From an uncultured Aquificales bacterium (lineage in GTDB: Bacteria > Aquificota > Aquificia > Aquificales > Hydrogenothermaceae), in assembly GCA_964516095.1 (NCBI GenBank), contig CAZEYS010000001.1:13095-77094 (forward strand): DNA of 64,000 nucleotides, read 5' to 3'. Positions 20,410 through 31,911 of this stretch are shown here, piece by piece. Each line of letters starts with the position of its first letter. Positions within the stretch are counted from its first letter, which is position 1. The notes beneath the pieces are model-generated. The model searched no databases. It was not told the origin of the DNA and saw only the letters and a list, made by a program, of their open reading frames with translations. Position numbers and translations under genes: made by a program.

Positions 20410-22302
20410 TTATACAGGGTCTGGTAGAGTTCCAGGTGGAACATCAGGAGCTGAAGAATCAGATATCACTGTAACTTCTTTATTTCTACATTTATTTACT
20501 ACAGGAACTCCATACTCTTCTAATACCTGGAAAAACTCTTCACAGGTTATTGTTTCCTTGTCAAGGAGCAATTCCACAATTGCAACAACTGCATCTTTAT
20601 AATTTTCAATTATATTCTTCGCTTTTTGATAACTTTCTCTTAATATCTTATTTACCTGCTCGTCTATTTTTCTTGCCGTTTCTTCACTTATTTCTGGTGC
20701 CTGAGATGGAACAAATGGGTTATTTCTACTTGTAGATACGTGAATTGGTCCAATTTCATCAAACATTCCCCATGCTGCTACCATTCTGTATGCAAGTTCA
20801 GTTGCCCTCATAAGGTCATTTTCTGCACCTGTTGTTATACCATCTTTTCCATAAAATACTTCTTCTGCAGCTCTTCCTCCAAACAGCTGTAATATTCTTG
20901 CCATAAGGTCTTTTTTAGAGTATATGTGTCTATCTTCTTCTGGAAGGTTTACGGTAACCCCTAAAGCCATACCTCTTGGAATGATAGAAACTTTATGAAG
21001 TGGGTCCGCCTCTTTTAGCATTACACTTACAAGAGCATGACCAACTTCGTGATATGCAATTTTTTCTTTTTCTGCAGGCGTTATTGCCATTCCTTTTCTT
21101 TCAAGGCCCATCATTATTCTATCCATAGCATCTTCGAATTCTTTCATTGATACTTTTTCTTTTCCTCTTCTTGCTGCAAGTAATGCTGCCTCGTTTACTA
21201 CATTCGCAAGGTCTGCCCCTGAAAATCCTGGCGTTCCTCTTGCTATTACCATTAAATCAACATCATTATCCAGTGGAATATTTTTCTTTTTAACATGAAC
21301 CTTAAGAATTTCATACCTACCCTTTACATCTGGCTTCGGTACTGCAATCTGTCTATCAAATCTTCCTGGTCTTAGCAATGCAGGGTCTAATATGTCTGGT
21401 CTGTTTGTAGCAGCAATTACTATAATTCCTTCGTTAGAATCAAAACCATCTAACTCAACCAATAGTTGGTTTAAAGTTTGCTCTCTTTCATCATGTCCAC
21501 CACCAAAGCCAACACCACTTCTTGCTCTACCAACAGCGTCTATTTCATCTATAAATACAAGACACGGTGCATGTTTTTTCGCAGTTTCAAAAAGGTCTCT
21601 TACTCTCGCAGCTCCAACTCCAACAAACATCTCCACAAAATCTGAACCGGATATTGATATAAATGGAACGTTTGCCTCACCAGCTATTGCTTTGGCTAAA
21701 AGAGTTTTCCCAACACCAGGATCTCCGTATAGAAGAATTCCTTTAGGAGCTCTACCCCCTAGTCTTTTAAATCTTTCTGGATCTTTTAAAAAGTCAATAA
21801 TTTCTTTTACTTCTTCTTTTACTTCATCCATTCCAGCAACATCATCTAATTTTACATTTGGCTTTTCTTCTAAATAAACTTTAGCTTTACTTTTAGCAAA
21901 TGAAAACGCTCTATTGGTTCCACCTGACATCTGCCGCATCATAAAAATCCATAAACCTATAAACAAGATTATTGGTAACCAGGATACCAGTAAAGTCATA
22001 ATCCAGCTATGGCTTTCAGTTGGGATAACTTCAACTTTTACACCATTCTCTGAAAGAATATCGTATATTTTTGAATACCCCTCAGGAACAGCAGTTTCTA
22101 TTTTCTTCCCATCTGATGTGGTTGCCGTAATTTCTGTTCCTTTGACAACGGCTTCTTTTATTTTATTTTCCTGTACCATCTGTATAAAATCTGTAAAAGG
22201 CACTTTATTACTTGATACTTGTTGGTTGCCAATCAAATTAAAAGCAAGTATCATTAAAGCACCTATTAAAAACCATATTATTAGGCTCTTTGATAACTGC
22301 AA
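20410..22302 (-). CDS. ftsH: ATP-dependent zinc metalloprotease FtsH
   Basis: Two TM helices, Walker [23 protein letters not shown]. Confidence 0.97.
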   Translation of the reverse strand: MQLSKSLIIWFLIGALMILAFNLIGNQQVSSNKVPFTDFIQMVQENKIKEAVVKGTEITATTSDGKKIETAVPEGYSKIYDILSENGVKVEVIPTESHSWIMTLLVSWLPIILFIGLWIFMMRQMSGGTNRAFSFAKSKAKVYLEEKPNVKLDDVAGMDEVKEEVKEIIDFLKDPERFKRLGGRAPKGILLYGDPGVGKTLLAKAIAGEANVPFISISGSDFVEMFVGVGAARVRDLFETAKKHAPCLVFIDEIDAVGRARSGVGFGGGHDEREQTLNQLLVELDGFDSNEGIIVIAATNRPDILDPALLRPGRFDRQIAVPKPDVKGRYEILKVHVKKKNIPLDNDVDLMVIARGTPGFSGADLANVVNEAALLAARRGKEKVSMKEFEDAMDRIMMGLERKGMAITPAEKEKIAYHEVGHALVSVMLKEADPLHKVSIIPRGMALGVTVNLPEEDRHIYSKKDLMARILQLFGGRAAEEVFYGKDGITTGAENDLMRATELAYRMVAAWGMFDEIGPIHVSTSRNNPFVPSQAPEISEETARKIDEQVNKILRESYQKAKNIIENYKDAVVAIVELLLDKETITCEEFFQVLEEYGVPVVNKCRNKEVTVISDSSAPDVPPGTLPDPV

Positions 22303-22304
22303 TT

Positions 22305-23648
22305 TTAGACCTCCTTTATTTCAAAGCAAATAATTTGCTTAGAGTTTTCTTTTATAGGAAAATATGCACTTCTTTTGTATCCTGCAAGCCATAATATTTT
22401 ATCCCGAAAAATCACTAAAGGTATATTCTTTCTCATATTTTTAGGTACTTTTAAGTTTATAAACACATCTTTTAATTTTTTTTCTGAAGAGCCAAAAGGT
22501 TTGAATCTATCTCCCTCTTTTCTGTTTCTAACGATAAATAAAGTATTCTCGTTTAAATCCGGAATATCAAAACAGACAACATTTTTTTCATTTTTTATAT
22601 CTGGAAGATTTTCCTTATCTGTTATAAATGCCTTTATTTTTAAATTTGCTTCTTTTATAAAAACCTCCTGTCCAGGTTTTAAATAATACTCATAAGAAAT
22701 ATTATTTTCATGTGTTATTTTTTCTATCTGAATTATGTTATTTTTCTTTACCAGGTAAAAATCCTTACATATTTGCAATCTATAATTAGCTTTATCTAAA
22801 TTTTTTAATATGTTATAAATTTGACGATATGATACTTTGCATTTTGTTTTATTTAAAACCCATAAGTCTAAGAATCTGTATAAAACCGGTTTTTCTATAT
22901 CGGTTATATCTATTTGGTTTTTCTCTAACTCTATCTCTTTTACTCTTTGGCTAAAATATTCTTCATCAACACTTATTAGTTGAGACATTACAAAAAGGGA
23001 GTCCTCTATAGATGGATTTACTTTTTTTAATAAGGGGATAACCTCTAATCTTACTTTATTTCTCATGTATTCTGTAGAATAATTTGTCATATCTTCTTTA
23101 AACTCAATGTTCTTTTCCATAGCGTACTTTTTTATTTCGTCTTTTTTTAAATAGTACAAAGGCCTTATTATGAAGTTTTCTTTTGGTTTGAATCCTTGTA
23201 AACCTTTCTTATTACCCTGGATAAACCATAAAATCACTGTTTCAACTAAATCAGAAAGATGATGTCCCGTAGCTAATTTATTAAAATCCTTTCGCTGTAA
23301 AATTTCTGTGAAAAATTTATATCTTTCTTCTCTGCCTTTTTCTTCAATTGATTTATTTTCAGACCGAGCCAGTTCTGGGACGTTAACCTTTTTTATGAAA
23401 AATTCTATACCAAATTTTTGTGCAACCTGTTCAATAAAACTTTCCTCTTCATTGGCTTCTTTTCTTATTCCGTGGTTAAGGTAAGCAATGGCAAGCCTAT
23501 CTATATTTAAATAATTTTTAAATTTATTGAGCAGATAAGTTAGTACTGAAGAGTCTACACCTGCTGAGTAGGCGATAAGAATTTTATCTTTGGGAGATAT
23601 GAGATTAAAATCTCTTATTGCCTGTAAAAACTTTTTTTCAACATTCAT
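22305..23648 (-). CDS. tilS: tRNA(Ile)-lysidine synthetase, long form with C-terminal domains
   Basis: PP-loop variant YSAGVDS, HGIR, TGHHLSD, RPL, RNKVR, RKEGDRF. Confidence 0.95.
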   Translation of the reverse strand: MNVEKKFLQAIRDFNLISPKDKILIAYSAGVDSSVLTYLLNKFKNYLNIDRLAIAYLNHGIRKEANEEESFIEQVAQKFGIEFFIKKVNVPELARSENKSIEEKGREERYKFFTEILQRKDFNKLATGHHLSDLVETVILWFIQGNKKGLQGFKPKENFIIRPLYYLKKDEIKKYAMEKNIEFKEDMTNYSTEYMRNKVRLEVIPLLKKVNPSIEDSLFVMSQLISVDEEYFSQRVKEIELEKNQIDITDIEKPVLYRFLDLWVLNKTKCKVSYRQIYNILKNLDKANYRLQICKDFYLVKKNNIIQIEKITHENNISYEYYLKPGQEVFIKEANLKIKAFITDKENLPDIKNEKNVVCFDIPDLNENTLFIVRNRKEGDRFKPFGSSEKKLKDVFINLKVPKNMRKNIPLVIFRDKILWLAGYKRSAYFPIKENSKQIICFEIKEV

Positions 23649-23653
23649 TTTAA

Positions 23654-23730
23654 TGGTGGCGGTGGCAGGACTCGAACCTGCGACTCCGCGGATATGAGCC
23701 GCGTGCTCTAACCAGCTGAGCTACACCGCC
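23654..23730 (-). tRNA. Non-initiator tRNA with CAT anticodon (elongator tRNA-Met more likely; tRNA-Ile2 not excluded), CCA encoded
   Basis: Full 77-nt cloverleaf GGCGGTG...CGCGG-CTCATAT-CCGCG...TTCGAGT...CACCGCCACCA; G1:C72 pair and no GGG/CCC anticodon stem. Confidence 0.95.
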
Positions 23731-23744
23731 ATACGTTGTTTTAT

Positions 23745-24023
23745 TTATGCCGAGAGTGAGGCTTTCGCCTGGTTTATTTTTCTTGCATATCTAGATACTC
23801 TTCTTGCTGCTTCATTTTTATGAATTGCACCTTTCGCAGCAGCTCTATATGCAATTTTTTGTGCAAGTGGTAGAAGGCTCTCTGCTGTTTGGATATCCCC
23901 AGCTTTTAGAGCTTCTCTTATTCTTTTGAAAGCTGTTTTCATACGAGAAATATGATATCTATTAATTAATCTTCTTTTTTGTGATTGTCTTATTCTTTTT
24001 TTAGCACTTTTTGTATGCGCCAT
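23745..24023 (-). CDS. rpsT: 30S ribosomal protein S20
   Basis: MAHTKSAKKRIRQ...KGAIHKNEAARR. Confidence 0.97.
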   Translation of the reverse strand: MAHTKSAKKRIRQSQKRRLINRYHISRMKTAFKRIREALKAGDIQTAESLLPLAQKIAYRAAAKGAIHKNEAARRVSRYARKINQAKASLSA

Positions 24024-24177
24024 AAATTCCTCCTTAAAGTTGTAAACAATAGTTTAATATATTTGAACACCCAAATTCAAGACTAATATTTTATATCAGC
24101 TCTTATAAGTTGTAAAGTATTTAAAAATATATTAAGCTAATTATTCAAAATTTCCATCAAATTCTGGAGGTAACGAA

Positions 24178-25380
24178 TTGGCAAATATATCCATTGGAAA
24201 GCTTGAATTTCCCAAAGTCAGCGAACAACCAGTTGAAATTGTAGAGAGAAAAGGGACTGGTCATCCTGATACAATTTGCGATGCTCTTGGAGAAGAATTA
24301 TCAATAGCTCTTTCTGAAATGTACTTGAAGGAATGTGGAGCTATTATGCACCACAATGTAGATAAAGCTCTACTTATAGGTGGTATTGCTGAACCTCAAT
24401 TTGGTGGTGGCTTTATGGTATCACCTATTGAGGTATACTTAACAGGTAGAGCAATTAATGAGTATAACGGAAAAAGACTTCCTGTAGAAGAACTGGCTGT
24501 TGAAACAGCCCACAGGTGGTTAAAGGAAAATATCCCAAATTTAGATGTTTCCAATCATATTATTATTATTCCTAAATTAAAACCGGGTTCTAAAGACCTT
24601 GTAGAACTTTTTGAAAGGTTTCAGAAAAAAGGTGAAGTTCCTCTTGCAAATGACACATCTTTTGGAACAGGTTTTGCTCCATTTGATGACACTGAAACTA
24701 TTGTTTATGAAGTAGAAAGGGCTCTAAATAGTAAGGAGTTTAAAAAAGACCATCCGTATGTTGGTGAAGATATAAAAGTAATGGGTGTCAGGAATAATGA
24801 TGAAATTAGAGTAACAATAGCTATGGCTTTTGTTGATAAATATATCAAAGATTTGAAAGATTATATAGAAAAGAAAGAAATTGTTGAAAATTACGCATAT
24901 GCACTTGCTCAAAAATTAACAGATAAAGAAGTTAAGATATTTTTAAATACTGCAGATGATATAGAAAACGGGTCTGTTTATATAACAGTCACTGGAACAT
25001 CAGCTGAAGCTGGTGATGATGGCCAAATTGGAAGAGGAAATAGAGTAAATGGTCTAATTACTCCTTATAGACCTATGAGTTTAGAAGCTGCTGCCGGGAA
25101 AAACCCTGTATCACATATTGGAAAGATATATAATACAGCTGCTATGGATATGGCAGAAAGGATTGTGGCAGAAATAGAAGAAGTGGAAGAAGCATACGTT
25201 TATCTTGTAAGTCAGATAGGAAAACCAATTACAGAACCTCAGGTTTGTGATATAAAACTAAGAACGAATAAAGATATAAAAGGTATTGAAGAAATAGCTA
25301 AAAAAATAGCTCAAGAAGAAATAGATAATCTCCCTAACACCTGGAAAAAATTCTTAGAAAGACACTTTAGACTTTATTAA
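24178..25380 (+). CDS. mat: S-adenosylmethionine synthetase, archaeal type (TTG start)
   Basis: [44 protein letters not shown]. Confidence 0.92.
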   Translation: MANISIGKLEFPKVSEQPVEIVERKGTGHPDTICDALGEELSIALSEMYLKECGAIMHHNVDKALLIGGIAEPQFGGGFMVSPIEVYLTGRAINEYNGKRLPVEELAVETAHRWLKENIPNLDVSNHIIIIPKLKPGSKDLVELFERFQKKGEVPLANDTSFGTGFAPFDDTETIVYEVERALNSKEFKKDHPYVGEDIKVMGVRNNDEIRVTIAMAFVDKYIKDLKDYIEKKEIVENYAYALAQKLTDKEVKIFLNTADDIENGSVYITVTGTSAEAGDDGQIGRGNRVNGLITPYRPMSLEAAAGKNPVSHIGKIYNTAAMDMAERIVAEIEEVEEAYVYLVSQIGKPITEPQVCDIKLRTNKDIKGIEEIAKKIAQEEIDNLPNTWKKFLERHFRLY

Positions 25381-25392
25381 TTTTTCTTTAGA

Positions 25393-25420
25393 AGGGGCTT
25401 CTAAAAAGGCCCCTCCCTTT
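25393..25420 (+). terminator. Hairpin between convergent genes
   Basis: AGGGGCT...GGCCCCT stem followed by CCCTTT. Confidence 0.5.
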
Positions 25421-25592
25421 AAACATATATATCAATTATCCCTTTACCTGTTTTTTTCCTTTGAACTTTGTTTTCTAATTTTTTTAAGACCTTTTTTGAC
25501 TTTTTTCTCTTTAAAAGCCAAGTTTTCGGTCTTCTGTCAGTATCTGATACTGGCTTAACAGGTAATACTTCTTGTGTATAGAAGCTTTCCAT
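25419..25592 (-). CDS. Unannotated 57-aa Lys-rich protein ending GKGIIDIYV
   Basis: Translated by hand: MESFYTQEVLPVKPVSDTDRRPKTWLLKRKKSKKVLKKLENKVQRKKTGKGIIDIYV; weak SD. Confidence 0.6.
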   Translation of the reverse strand: MESFYTQEVLPVKPVSDTDRRPKTWLLKRKKSKKVLKKLENKVQRKKTGKGIIDIYV

Positions 25593-25633
25593 AATACTGT
25601 AACCTTATATTTATTGTTTTTAATATTATCGAA

Positions 25634-26836
25634 CTATTTAGTTTGTTTTTTTACATTTTCAGGCATTTGCATAGTTAAAACAAGTAAAAGCCATACAAAT
25701 GTTATTACCCCAACAAAGAGAAATACTGCATACTCACCGTATTTTAGCAGATAACCAGCAGCAACACCTCCAACAAAAGCACCTAAAAATTGAGATGTAT
25801 TAAATACACCGGATGCTGTTCCTTTTAAATGTTTTGGTGCGTATTTACTCATTAATGAAGGCATAATAGGTTCAAGCATCATAAATCCAGAGAAATATAC
25901 AATTATAGCTATTACTGCAGGAACAAATGAATTTTCAAATTTTATAAATAATCCAAAAGATATCAGCAGTATTACTATTGCAGCTATTTTTACCTCTTTT
26001 ATCAAACCTTTTTTTTCAGCTATTATCGTTGATGGAACCATTATAGTTAAACCAACTAAAAACATTATTAGATAAACTTTCCATATATCAGAAGGAGGTA
26101 TAAATTTTTCCAGAATTAGAGGAGATACAGTAAAAACCGCTGTTAATCCCATATGAAGTGTAAACATACCAAAATCCATTTTTAGAAGGTTTTTATCTTT
26201 TAGAACTGTTCCTAGATACGAACCTGTAAATTCTGCGTCATCATGATGAGTTATAACTTTAGGTCTTGGTAAGCCCCATATAATGTAAGGTAAAGAGATT
26301 AAAGCCAGTATGGCTGTAAATGTAAAAACCCCACCAAGACCAAAATGTGCAGCAATTAATGGCCCTACAACCATTCCAAAGGCAAAAGCCATACCAATAG
26401 AAGCACCAATAGTTGCCATTGCTCTTGTTCTTACTTCTTCTCGTGTCAGGTCTGCTATCAATGCAATTACCACAGATGAAACTGCTCCCATACCTTGTAA
26501 AAACCTACCAATGATAAGCCAGTAAATATTCTGTTCGTAAGATGCATAAGCTGCCAAACTACTGCCTAAGAAAAATATAATTGTAGAAAAAATTAAAATG
26601 GGAATTCTACCGTACTTATCACTCCACAAGCCATATGGAATTTGAAATATTGCCTGTGTTAAACCATAAGCGCCAATTGCAAGACCAACTAAAAAAGAAG
26701 TTGCTCCTGGAAACTTGGATGCATAAATAGATAAAACTGGTAAAACTAAGAATAAACCCAGCATACGAAGAGAAAATACACCTGCTAGTCCTAATGTTGC
26801 TTTTTTCTCTTCAGGTGTAAAATCTTTATCTATCAT
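25634..26836 (-). CDS. MFS transporter (YajR-like)
   Basis: RMLGLFLVLPV, GAYGLTQAIFQIPYGLWSDKYGR, GRFLQGMGAV. Confidence 0.88.
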   Translation of the reverse strand: MIDKDFTPEEKKATLGLAGVFSLRMLGLFLVLPVLSIYASKFPGATSFLVGLAIGAYGLTQAIFQIPYGLWSDKYGRIPILIFSTIIFFLGSSLAAYASYEQNIYWLIIGRFLQGMGAVSSVVIALIADLTREEVRTRAMATIGASIGMAFAFGMVVGPLIAAHFGLGGVFTFTAILALISLPYIIWGLPRPKVITHHDDAEFTGSYLGTVLKDKNLLKMDFGMFTLHMGLTAVFTVSPLILEKFIPPSDIWKVYLIMFLVGLTIMVPSTIIAEKKGLIKEVKIAAIVILLISFGLFIKFENSFVPAVIAIIVYFSGFMMLEPIMPSLMSKYAPKHLKGTASGVFNTSQFLGAFVGGVAAGYLLKYGEYAVFLFVGVITFVWLLLVLTMQMPENVKKQTK

Positions 26837-26905
26837 CTATTGACGTCCTCCTTTTTCGATACTAAGTTTATACTTACCATTATACTCCTGAAAGGTAAAT
26901 ATACA

Positions 26906-29044
26906 ATGAATCAAATTGAACTACTTTTCAACCCGAAGTCTATCGCTATTATTGGAGCTACTCCAAAAAAAGAAAAAGTAGGATATGCAATATTTAAAAA
27001 TATTGTTCAGGGAGGGTACAAAGGAAAAATTTACCTTGTAAATCCAAAATACACAGAAATAGAAGGCTTTAAAGTCTATAAAGATATAAAAGAAATAAAT
27101 GACAAAGTAGATTTAGCAATTATTGCTATACCTTTAAAGTATGTTCCTCAGCTTATGAAAGAACTTGGCGAAGCTGGTGTGAAGGCTGCAGTGGTTATAT
27201 CTGCAGGAGGAAGAGAAACTGGAGAAAAAGGCAAAAAACTGGAGGAAGAGATAAAAAAGGTTGCTAAAAAATACAATATAAGATTTTTAGGTCCCAACTG
27301 TTTTGGTTTTATAAACACAGATATAAACCTTAATGCAAATTTTGGTTCTTCTATGCCTTTAAAAGGAGATACAACATTCATTTCCCAAAGTGGAGCTTTA
27401 TTTGCATCTATTTTGGATTGGGCTATCAATGAAAATATAGGCTTTAGTTACTGCATAAGTATTGGTAATATGGCAGATATAGAATTTGGAGAACTCATAG
27501 AGTATTTATCTCAAAAAAAGAATGTTAAAAGAATTTTAATATATATGGAAAGCTTAAAAGATGCTAAAAAGTTTGCCAGCAGTGCTGTGAAAGCATCTAC
27601 ACGCATTCCAGTTGTTATAACAAAAGCAGGAAAATCGGAACATGGAATTAAAGCAGCAATTTCTCATACTGGAGCAATAGCTGGAAAAGATTTCTTGTAC
27701 TCTGCTTTGTTTAAAAGAACAGGATGTGTAAGGGTATCTACTGTTGAAGATTTATTCAATCTAACTGAAGGTTTATCAAAACAGCCAGTCCCCAAAGGTA
27801 ATAGGTTTGTTATCCTTACAAATGCTGGAGGGCCGGGAGTTTTAGCAACTGATAGACTTGATATGTGGAATATTCAACCTGCAGATTTAAGTAAAGATAC
27901 TATGGAAAAGTTAAATAGTGTGCTACCTCCTGTATGGAGCAAAAATAACCCTGTTGATATTATAGGAGATGCTCCTCCAGAGAGATACAAAAAAGCTCTG
28001 GAAATTCTTCTTGATGCCGATGACAATGACGGCATAATTGGTATATTAACACCTCAATTTATGACTAAACCTTACGAAACAGCCGTTGAGATTGTAGACC
28101 TTTTAAAAAATAAACAAGTAGAAAAACCCTTTTATTTTGCTGTACTTGGAGGGGAAAAAGTTGAAAAAGCTCGAACTTTCTTAGAGAAAAGCAATGTTGC
28201 CACTTATGAAACTCCTGAAGAAGCAGTTGATAGTATGGTTTTTGCATGGAAGTATAAATATCTCACTGAGCTTATAAAGAATGATAAATATCCACAACTA
28301 TCAAGTGAAGAAGGAAAAAAACTAATTCAAGAGTATTTAAAACAAGAAAAAATGTTGCTTACTGAATATGAAACAAAGCTGATTTTAAAAGCATATGGTA
28401 TTGCTGTAAATAAAACACTTTTAATAGAAAGAGAAGAAGAAATAGATAGTTTAGAAATTAAATTTCCTGTTGTAGTAAAAATCCATTCTCCAGATATAAT
28501 ACACAAAACAGAAGCTGGAGGTGTTATTTTGAACATTGAAAACAAAGACCAGCTTAAAAAAGCCTTCAGAAAAGTTATAGAAAATGTAAAAAAATACAAA
28601 AAAGATGCAAAAATAGAAGGGGTAATAGTTGAAGAGGAGGTGAAAAATGGATTTGAGCTTATACTTGGAAGTGCAAAAGATAAAATATTTGGTCAGTATA
28701 TTATGTTTGGTTTTGGAGGAATTTATACAGAATTTATAAAGGATGTATCCTTCGATTTTCCTCCTTTAAGTTATAACTTTGCAAAAGAAATGATTAAGGA
28801 AACAAAAACGTATAAACTTTTGAAAAATGGTTTTAGAAACATTCCTCCTGCTAACTTAGAGAAACTGACAGATACCTTAATCAAATTTTCCTATTTAGTT
28901 TATGAAAATCCAGCCGTTGAAGAAATAGATATAAATCCTCTTATCGTGAGCGGAGACGAACTCTTTGCTGTTGATGGCAGGATAAAACTATCAAAAGATT
29001 TAGGAGATAAGTTTATCATGGATAAGCAAACCTTACTAAGGTAA
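26906..29044 (+). CDS. ADP-forming acyl-CoA synthetase (CoA-binding + ligase + ATP-grasp; no GNAT domain)
   Basis: LFNPKSIAIIGA, LGPNC, SQSGA, phospho-His SHTGA, NAGGPG, NPVDIIGDA, HKTEAGGV, DINPL; start moved to ATG 26906. Confidence 0.9.
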   Translation: MNQIELLFNPKSIAIIGATPKKEKVGYAIFKNIVQGGYKGKIYLVNPKYTEIEGFKVYKDIKEINDKVDLAIIAIPLKYVPQLMKELGEAGVKAAVVISAGGRETGEKGKKLEEEIKKVAKKYNIRFLGPNCFGFINTDINLNANFGSSMPLKGDTTFISQSGALFASILDWAINENIGFSYCISIGNMADIEFGELIEYLSQKKNVKRILIYMESLKDAKKFASSAVKASTRIPVVITKAGKSEHGIKAAISHTGAIAGKDFLYSALFKRTGCVRVSTVEDLFNLTEGLSKQPVPKGNRFVILTNAGGPGVLATDRLDMWNIQPADLSKDTMEKLNSVLPPVWSKNNPVDIIGDAPPERYKKALEILLDADDNDGIIGILTPQFMTKPYETAVEIVDLLKNKQVEKPFYFAVLGGEKVEKARTFLEKSNVATYETPEEAVDSMVFAWKYKYLTELIKNDKYPQLSSEEGKKLIQEYLKQEKMLLTEYETKLILKAYGIAVNKTLLIEREEEIDSLEIKFPVVVKIHSPDIIHKTEAGGVILNIENKDQLKKAFRKVIENVKKYKKDAKIEGVIVEEEVKNGFELILGSAKDKIFGQYIMFGFGGIYTEFIKDVSFDFPPLSYNFAKEMIKETKTYKLLKNGFRNIPPANLEKLTDTLIKFSYLVYENPAVEEIDINPLIVSGDELFAVDGRIKLSKDLGDKFIMDKQTLLR

Positions 29045-29054
29045 AATATTATTT

Positions 29055-29690
29055 ATGGAAAATCAGGAAATTCTTAAATTAAAAGAGCTTTGTGAAAAAA
29101 ATGATATTTCTTTAAGTGAAGAACAACTTCAACTGTTTGATAAATACCTATCTTTTTATACTAAGTGGAATAGAGTATATAACTTATCCTCCATAAGAAA
29201 AAAAGAGGACGTAGTTTACAGGCATTTTTTTGATAGTTTAACCCTTGTAAAGTTATTTGAGAAAATAAACCTTGATGTAGAAGGCAAACATTTTTCTGAT
29301 TTTGGTTCAGGTGGAGGGTTTCCTGGTGTCCCTTTAAAGATTTACTATCTGGATAAAATTAAGCTTTCACTTATAGAAGCTGTAAATAAAAAATGTATTT
29401 TTCTTGAAATGCTTCGAAAAGAACTAAAAATAGACTACGAAGTTTTATGCCAGAGAGCTGAAACATTAAATGAAAAATTTGATATTTTAGTAAGTAGAGC
29501 TACCGGCGAAACATTTGAAGTTCTAAAGATATCTAAAAATTTAGTAAAAATAGGTGGTTATATTATTATAATGAAAGCAAAAAAAATAGAAGAAGAACTA
29601 AAACCTTTTACAATTAGTTTAAAGTTTAAAGGTTACCCAGAAAGATCGTTTATAGTAATAAGGAAAGAAAATGAAAGTAAGGCTAAATAA
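29055..29690 (+). CDS. rsmG: 16S rRNA m7G527 methyltransferase
   Basis: KWNRVYNLS, HFFDSL, DFGSGGGFPG, VSRA. Confidence 0.92.
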   Translation: MENQEILKLKELCEKNDISLSEEQLQLFDKYLSFYTKWNRVYNLSSIRKKEDVVYRHFFDSLTLVKLFEKINLDVEGKHFSDFGSGGGFPGVPLKIYYLDKIKLSLIEAVNKKCIFLEMLRKELKIDYEVLCQRAETLNEKFDILVSRATGETFEVLKISKNLVKIGGYIIIMKAKKIEEELKPFTISLKFKGYPERSFIVIRKENESKAK

Positions 29691-30411
29691 ATTCATTGCA
29701 TCTTCTGGTCTGTGTTCCAGAAGGAAAGCAGACCAACTAATTCAAGAAGGGAAAGTTAAAGTTAACGGCAAAACTGTAAGAGAACTGGGTACATTAGTTG
29801 ATCCTGATAAAGATAAAGTAGAAGTTGAAGGAAAAGAAATTAAGCCAGCAGAAGAAAAAGAGTACTACATAATATATAAGCCTACTGGTTATTTAACAGC
29901 TCTTGGAAAAGACAGATTTGGGAGAAAAACACTAACAGACTTATTTAAAGAAATAGGTTTTAAAAAAAGCGTTTTTCCAGTTGGAAGATTAGATTATGAT
30001 TCAGAAGGTTTACTTATTTTGACAAATGACGGAGAACTTGCCTATAGAATAACACATCCTAAACATAAAGTTCCTAAAACCTATCTTGTAGAAATTGAAG
30101 GAAGGGTAAATGCCAAAGATTTCAATAAAATGGAAAAAGGCACAAAGCTTGAAAACGGAGAGTTTATTAAACCTGATAGAATTTCAATAAAAAAGAAAAA
30201 GAACAAATCCACAGTAATTGAAATTACAATACATAGTGGACAAAAGAGGGTACTTCGGAGATTTTTCAAAAAATTTGGTTATCCAGTAAAAAGACTTACC
30301 AGAATATCTGTAGGTAATATAAAAATTGATAGTTTAAAGCCAAAACAGATAAGAAAGATAAGTAAAAAAGATATTCAAAAACTAAAAGAACGTTTGGAAA
30401 AAAGAAGATGA
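29671..30411 (+). CDS. RsuA/RluB-family rRNA pseudouridine synthase with S4 domain
   Basis: RLNKFIASSGLCSRR, PVGRLDYDSEGLLILTNDG. Confidence 0.92.
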   Translation: MKVRLNKFIASSGLCSRRKADQLIQEGKVKVNGKTVRELGTLVDPDKDKVEVEGKEIKPAEEKEYYIIYKPTGYLTALGKDRFGRKTLTDLFKEIGFKKSVFPVGRLDYDSEGLLILTNDGELAYRITHPKHKVPKTYLVEIEGRVNAKDFNKMEKGTKLENGEFIKPDRISIKKKKNKSTVIEITIHSGQKRVLRRFFKKFGYPVKRLTRISVGNIKIDSLKPKQIRKISKKDIQKLKERLEKRR

Positions 30412-31097
30412 AATTTGAAAAATTTATATACAAACAAAAAATAAAAGACTTACCTAAAGACCTGCTACCAAGAGAAAAAGCTTTAAAGTATGGAATAGAT
30501 TCATTATCAGAAGGGGAACTTCTCGCAATAGCTATTGGGTCTGGAACAAAAGGTCTGAATGTTATTGGCATTGCAGACCTGATTATTAAGAAATATGGCA
30601 TAGAAAATCTAAAAAATATTACTTTAGATGAACTGAAAAAAATAAAAGGAATAGGAGAAGCTAAAGCTTTACAGATAATATCTATAGTCGAACTTGCAAA
30701 AAGGATAGCAGAATATGACGAAAAGTTAGAAATATCTTCCCCAAAAGATGTCTATAATCTTGTGAAAGATTTAAGAAACGAAAAGCAAGAAAAGTTAGTG
30801 GTTTTATATACCAATACATTAAATCAGCTTTTAGGAAAAGAAACTATTGCAATTGGATCATTGAATGTCATAAATGTAAAACCCCGAGATATATTTACAT
30901 ATGGATTAAAATTAAACGCTTATGGAATAATTCTTGTTCATAATCATCCTGAGGGATATCCAGACCCAAGTAAAGAAGATATAGAATTTACAGAACTGGT
31001 TAAGGAACTATCTCTAAAACTTGGATTTGAACTTTTAGACCATATTATAATTTCAAAGAAAGGCTATTTTAGTTTCGCAGAAAAGGAGTTAGTTTAA
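30408..31097 (+). CDS. radC: RadC family protein (HhH + JAB)
   Basis: [20 protein letters not shown]. Confidence 0.9.
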   Translation: MKFEKFIYKQKIKDLPKDLLPREKALKYGIDSLSEGELLAIAIGSGTKGLNVIGIADLIIKKYGIENLKNITLDELKKIKGIGEAKALQIISIVELAKRIAEYDEKLEISSPKDVYNLVKDLRNEKQEKLVVLYTNTLNQLLGKETIAIGSLNVINVKPRDIFTYGLKLNAYGIILVHNHPEGYPDPSKEDIEFTELVKELSLKLGFELLDHIIISKKGYFSFAEKELV

Positions 31098-31861
31098 TGA
31101 AAAAATATAAAGCTTTTTTAGTAAACGACGATGGTTACCTGTCTGAAGGATTAAATGCAATAAGAAAAAAACTCTTAGAGGAAGGATTTGATGTTATAAC
31201 TGTTGCACCTGATAGAAATATGTCAGGTTCATCCCACTCCCTTACATTTACAAGACCGCTAAAAATAGAAAAGTATAAAGATAATTTTTACTATGTTGTA
31301 GATGGAACACCGGCAGATTGTGTTCATTTAGGATATTACGTAATACTAAAAGAAGAAAAACCAGATATACTTGTGTCTGGCATCAATACAGGACCCAATT
31401 TAGGCAACGATATTTTTTATTCAGGAACAGTTGGAGCAGCCAGAGAAGGAACAAACTTTGGCATACCTTCGATAGCTCTATCTCCAGCATCATCTAAAAA
31501 TGTAGATTTTGATTTTATAGCTGAAAAATCCATGAAAATAATATATCAAGTGCTTCATAAAGGTCTTCCAAACGGAACATTCTTAAATATCAATTTTCCT
31601 GTTGGAAAGAATATCAAAGGCTATATGTTAACTAAACAAGGAAGAGGAGCCTATAAAGAAGAAATCAAAAAATATATATCTCCATCAAAAGAAATATACT
31701 ACTGGATAGGTGGTGAAGAAACTCTTACAGAAGAATGTGAGAAAGGAACAGACTATACAGCTGTAAAGGAAGGTTATGTGTCTATAACTCCAATAAAACT
31801 TGACCTTACTGATTACCATTCTATTCAGATTTTAGACAAGAACAATTTCCTTGCATTTTAG
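31097..31861 (+). CDS. surE: 5'/3'-nucleotidase SurE
   Basis: [37 protein letters not shown]. Confidence 0.96.
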   Translation: MKKYKAFLVNDDGYLSEGLNAIRKKLLEEGFDVITVAPDRNMSGSSHSLTFTRPLKIEKYKDNFYYVVDGTPADCVHLGYYVILKEEKPDILVSGINTGPNLGNDIFYSGTVGAAREGTNFGIPSIALSPASSKNVDFDFIAEKSMKIIYQVLHKGLPNGTFLNINFPVGKNIKGYMLTKQGRGAYKEEIKKYISPSKEIYYWIGGEETLTEECEKGTDYTAVKEGYVSITPIKLDLTDYHSIQILDKNNFLAF

Positions 31862-31911
31862 GAATAAGTAACTGCCTAATCCTTTCTTTTTTAGAAGAGA
31901 TATACAGGCAG

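Noticed and set aside
26840-26905. N-terminal extension of the acyl-CoA synthetase
   Set aside because: Family homology starts at MNQIELLFNP; the extension occupies the divergent promoter gap
30408-31097. radC as a marker of a mobile or defence island
   Set aside because: Full-length HhH+JAB form embedded among housekeeping genes
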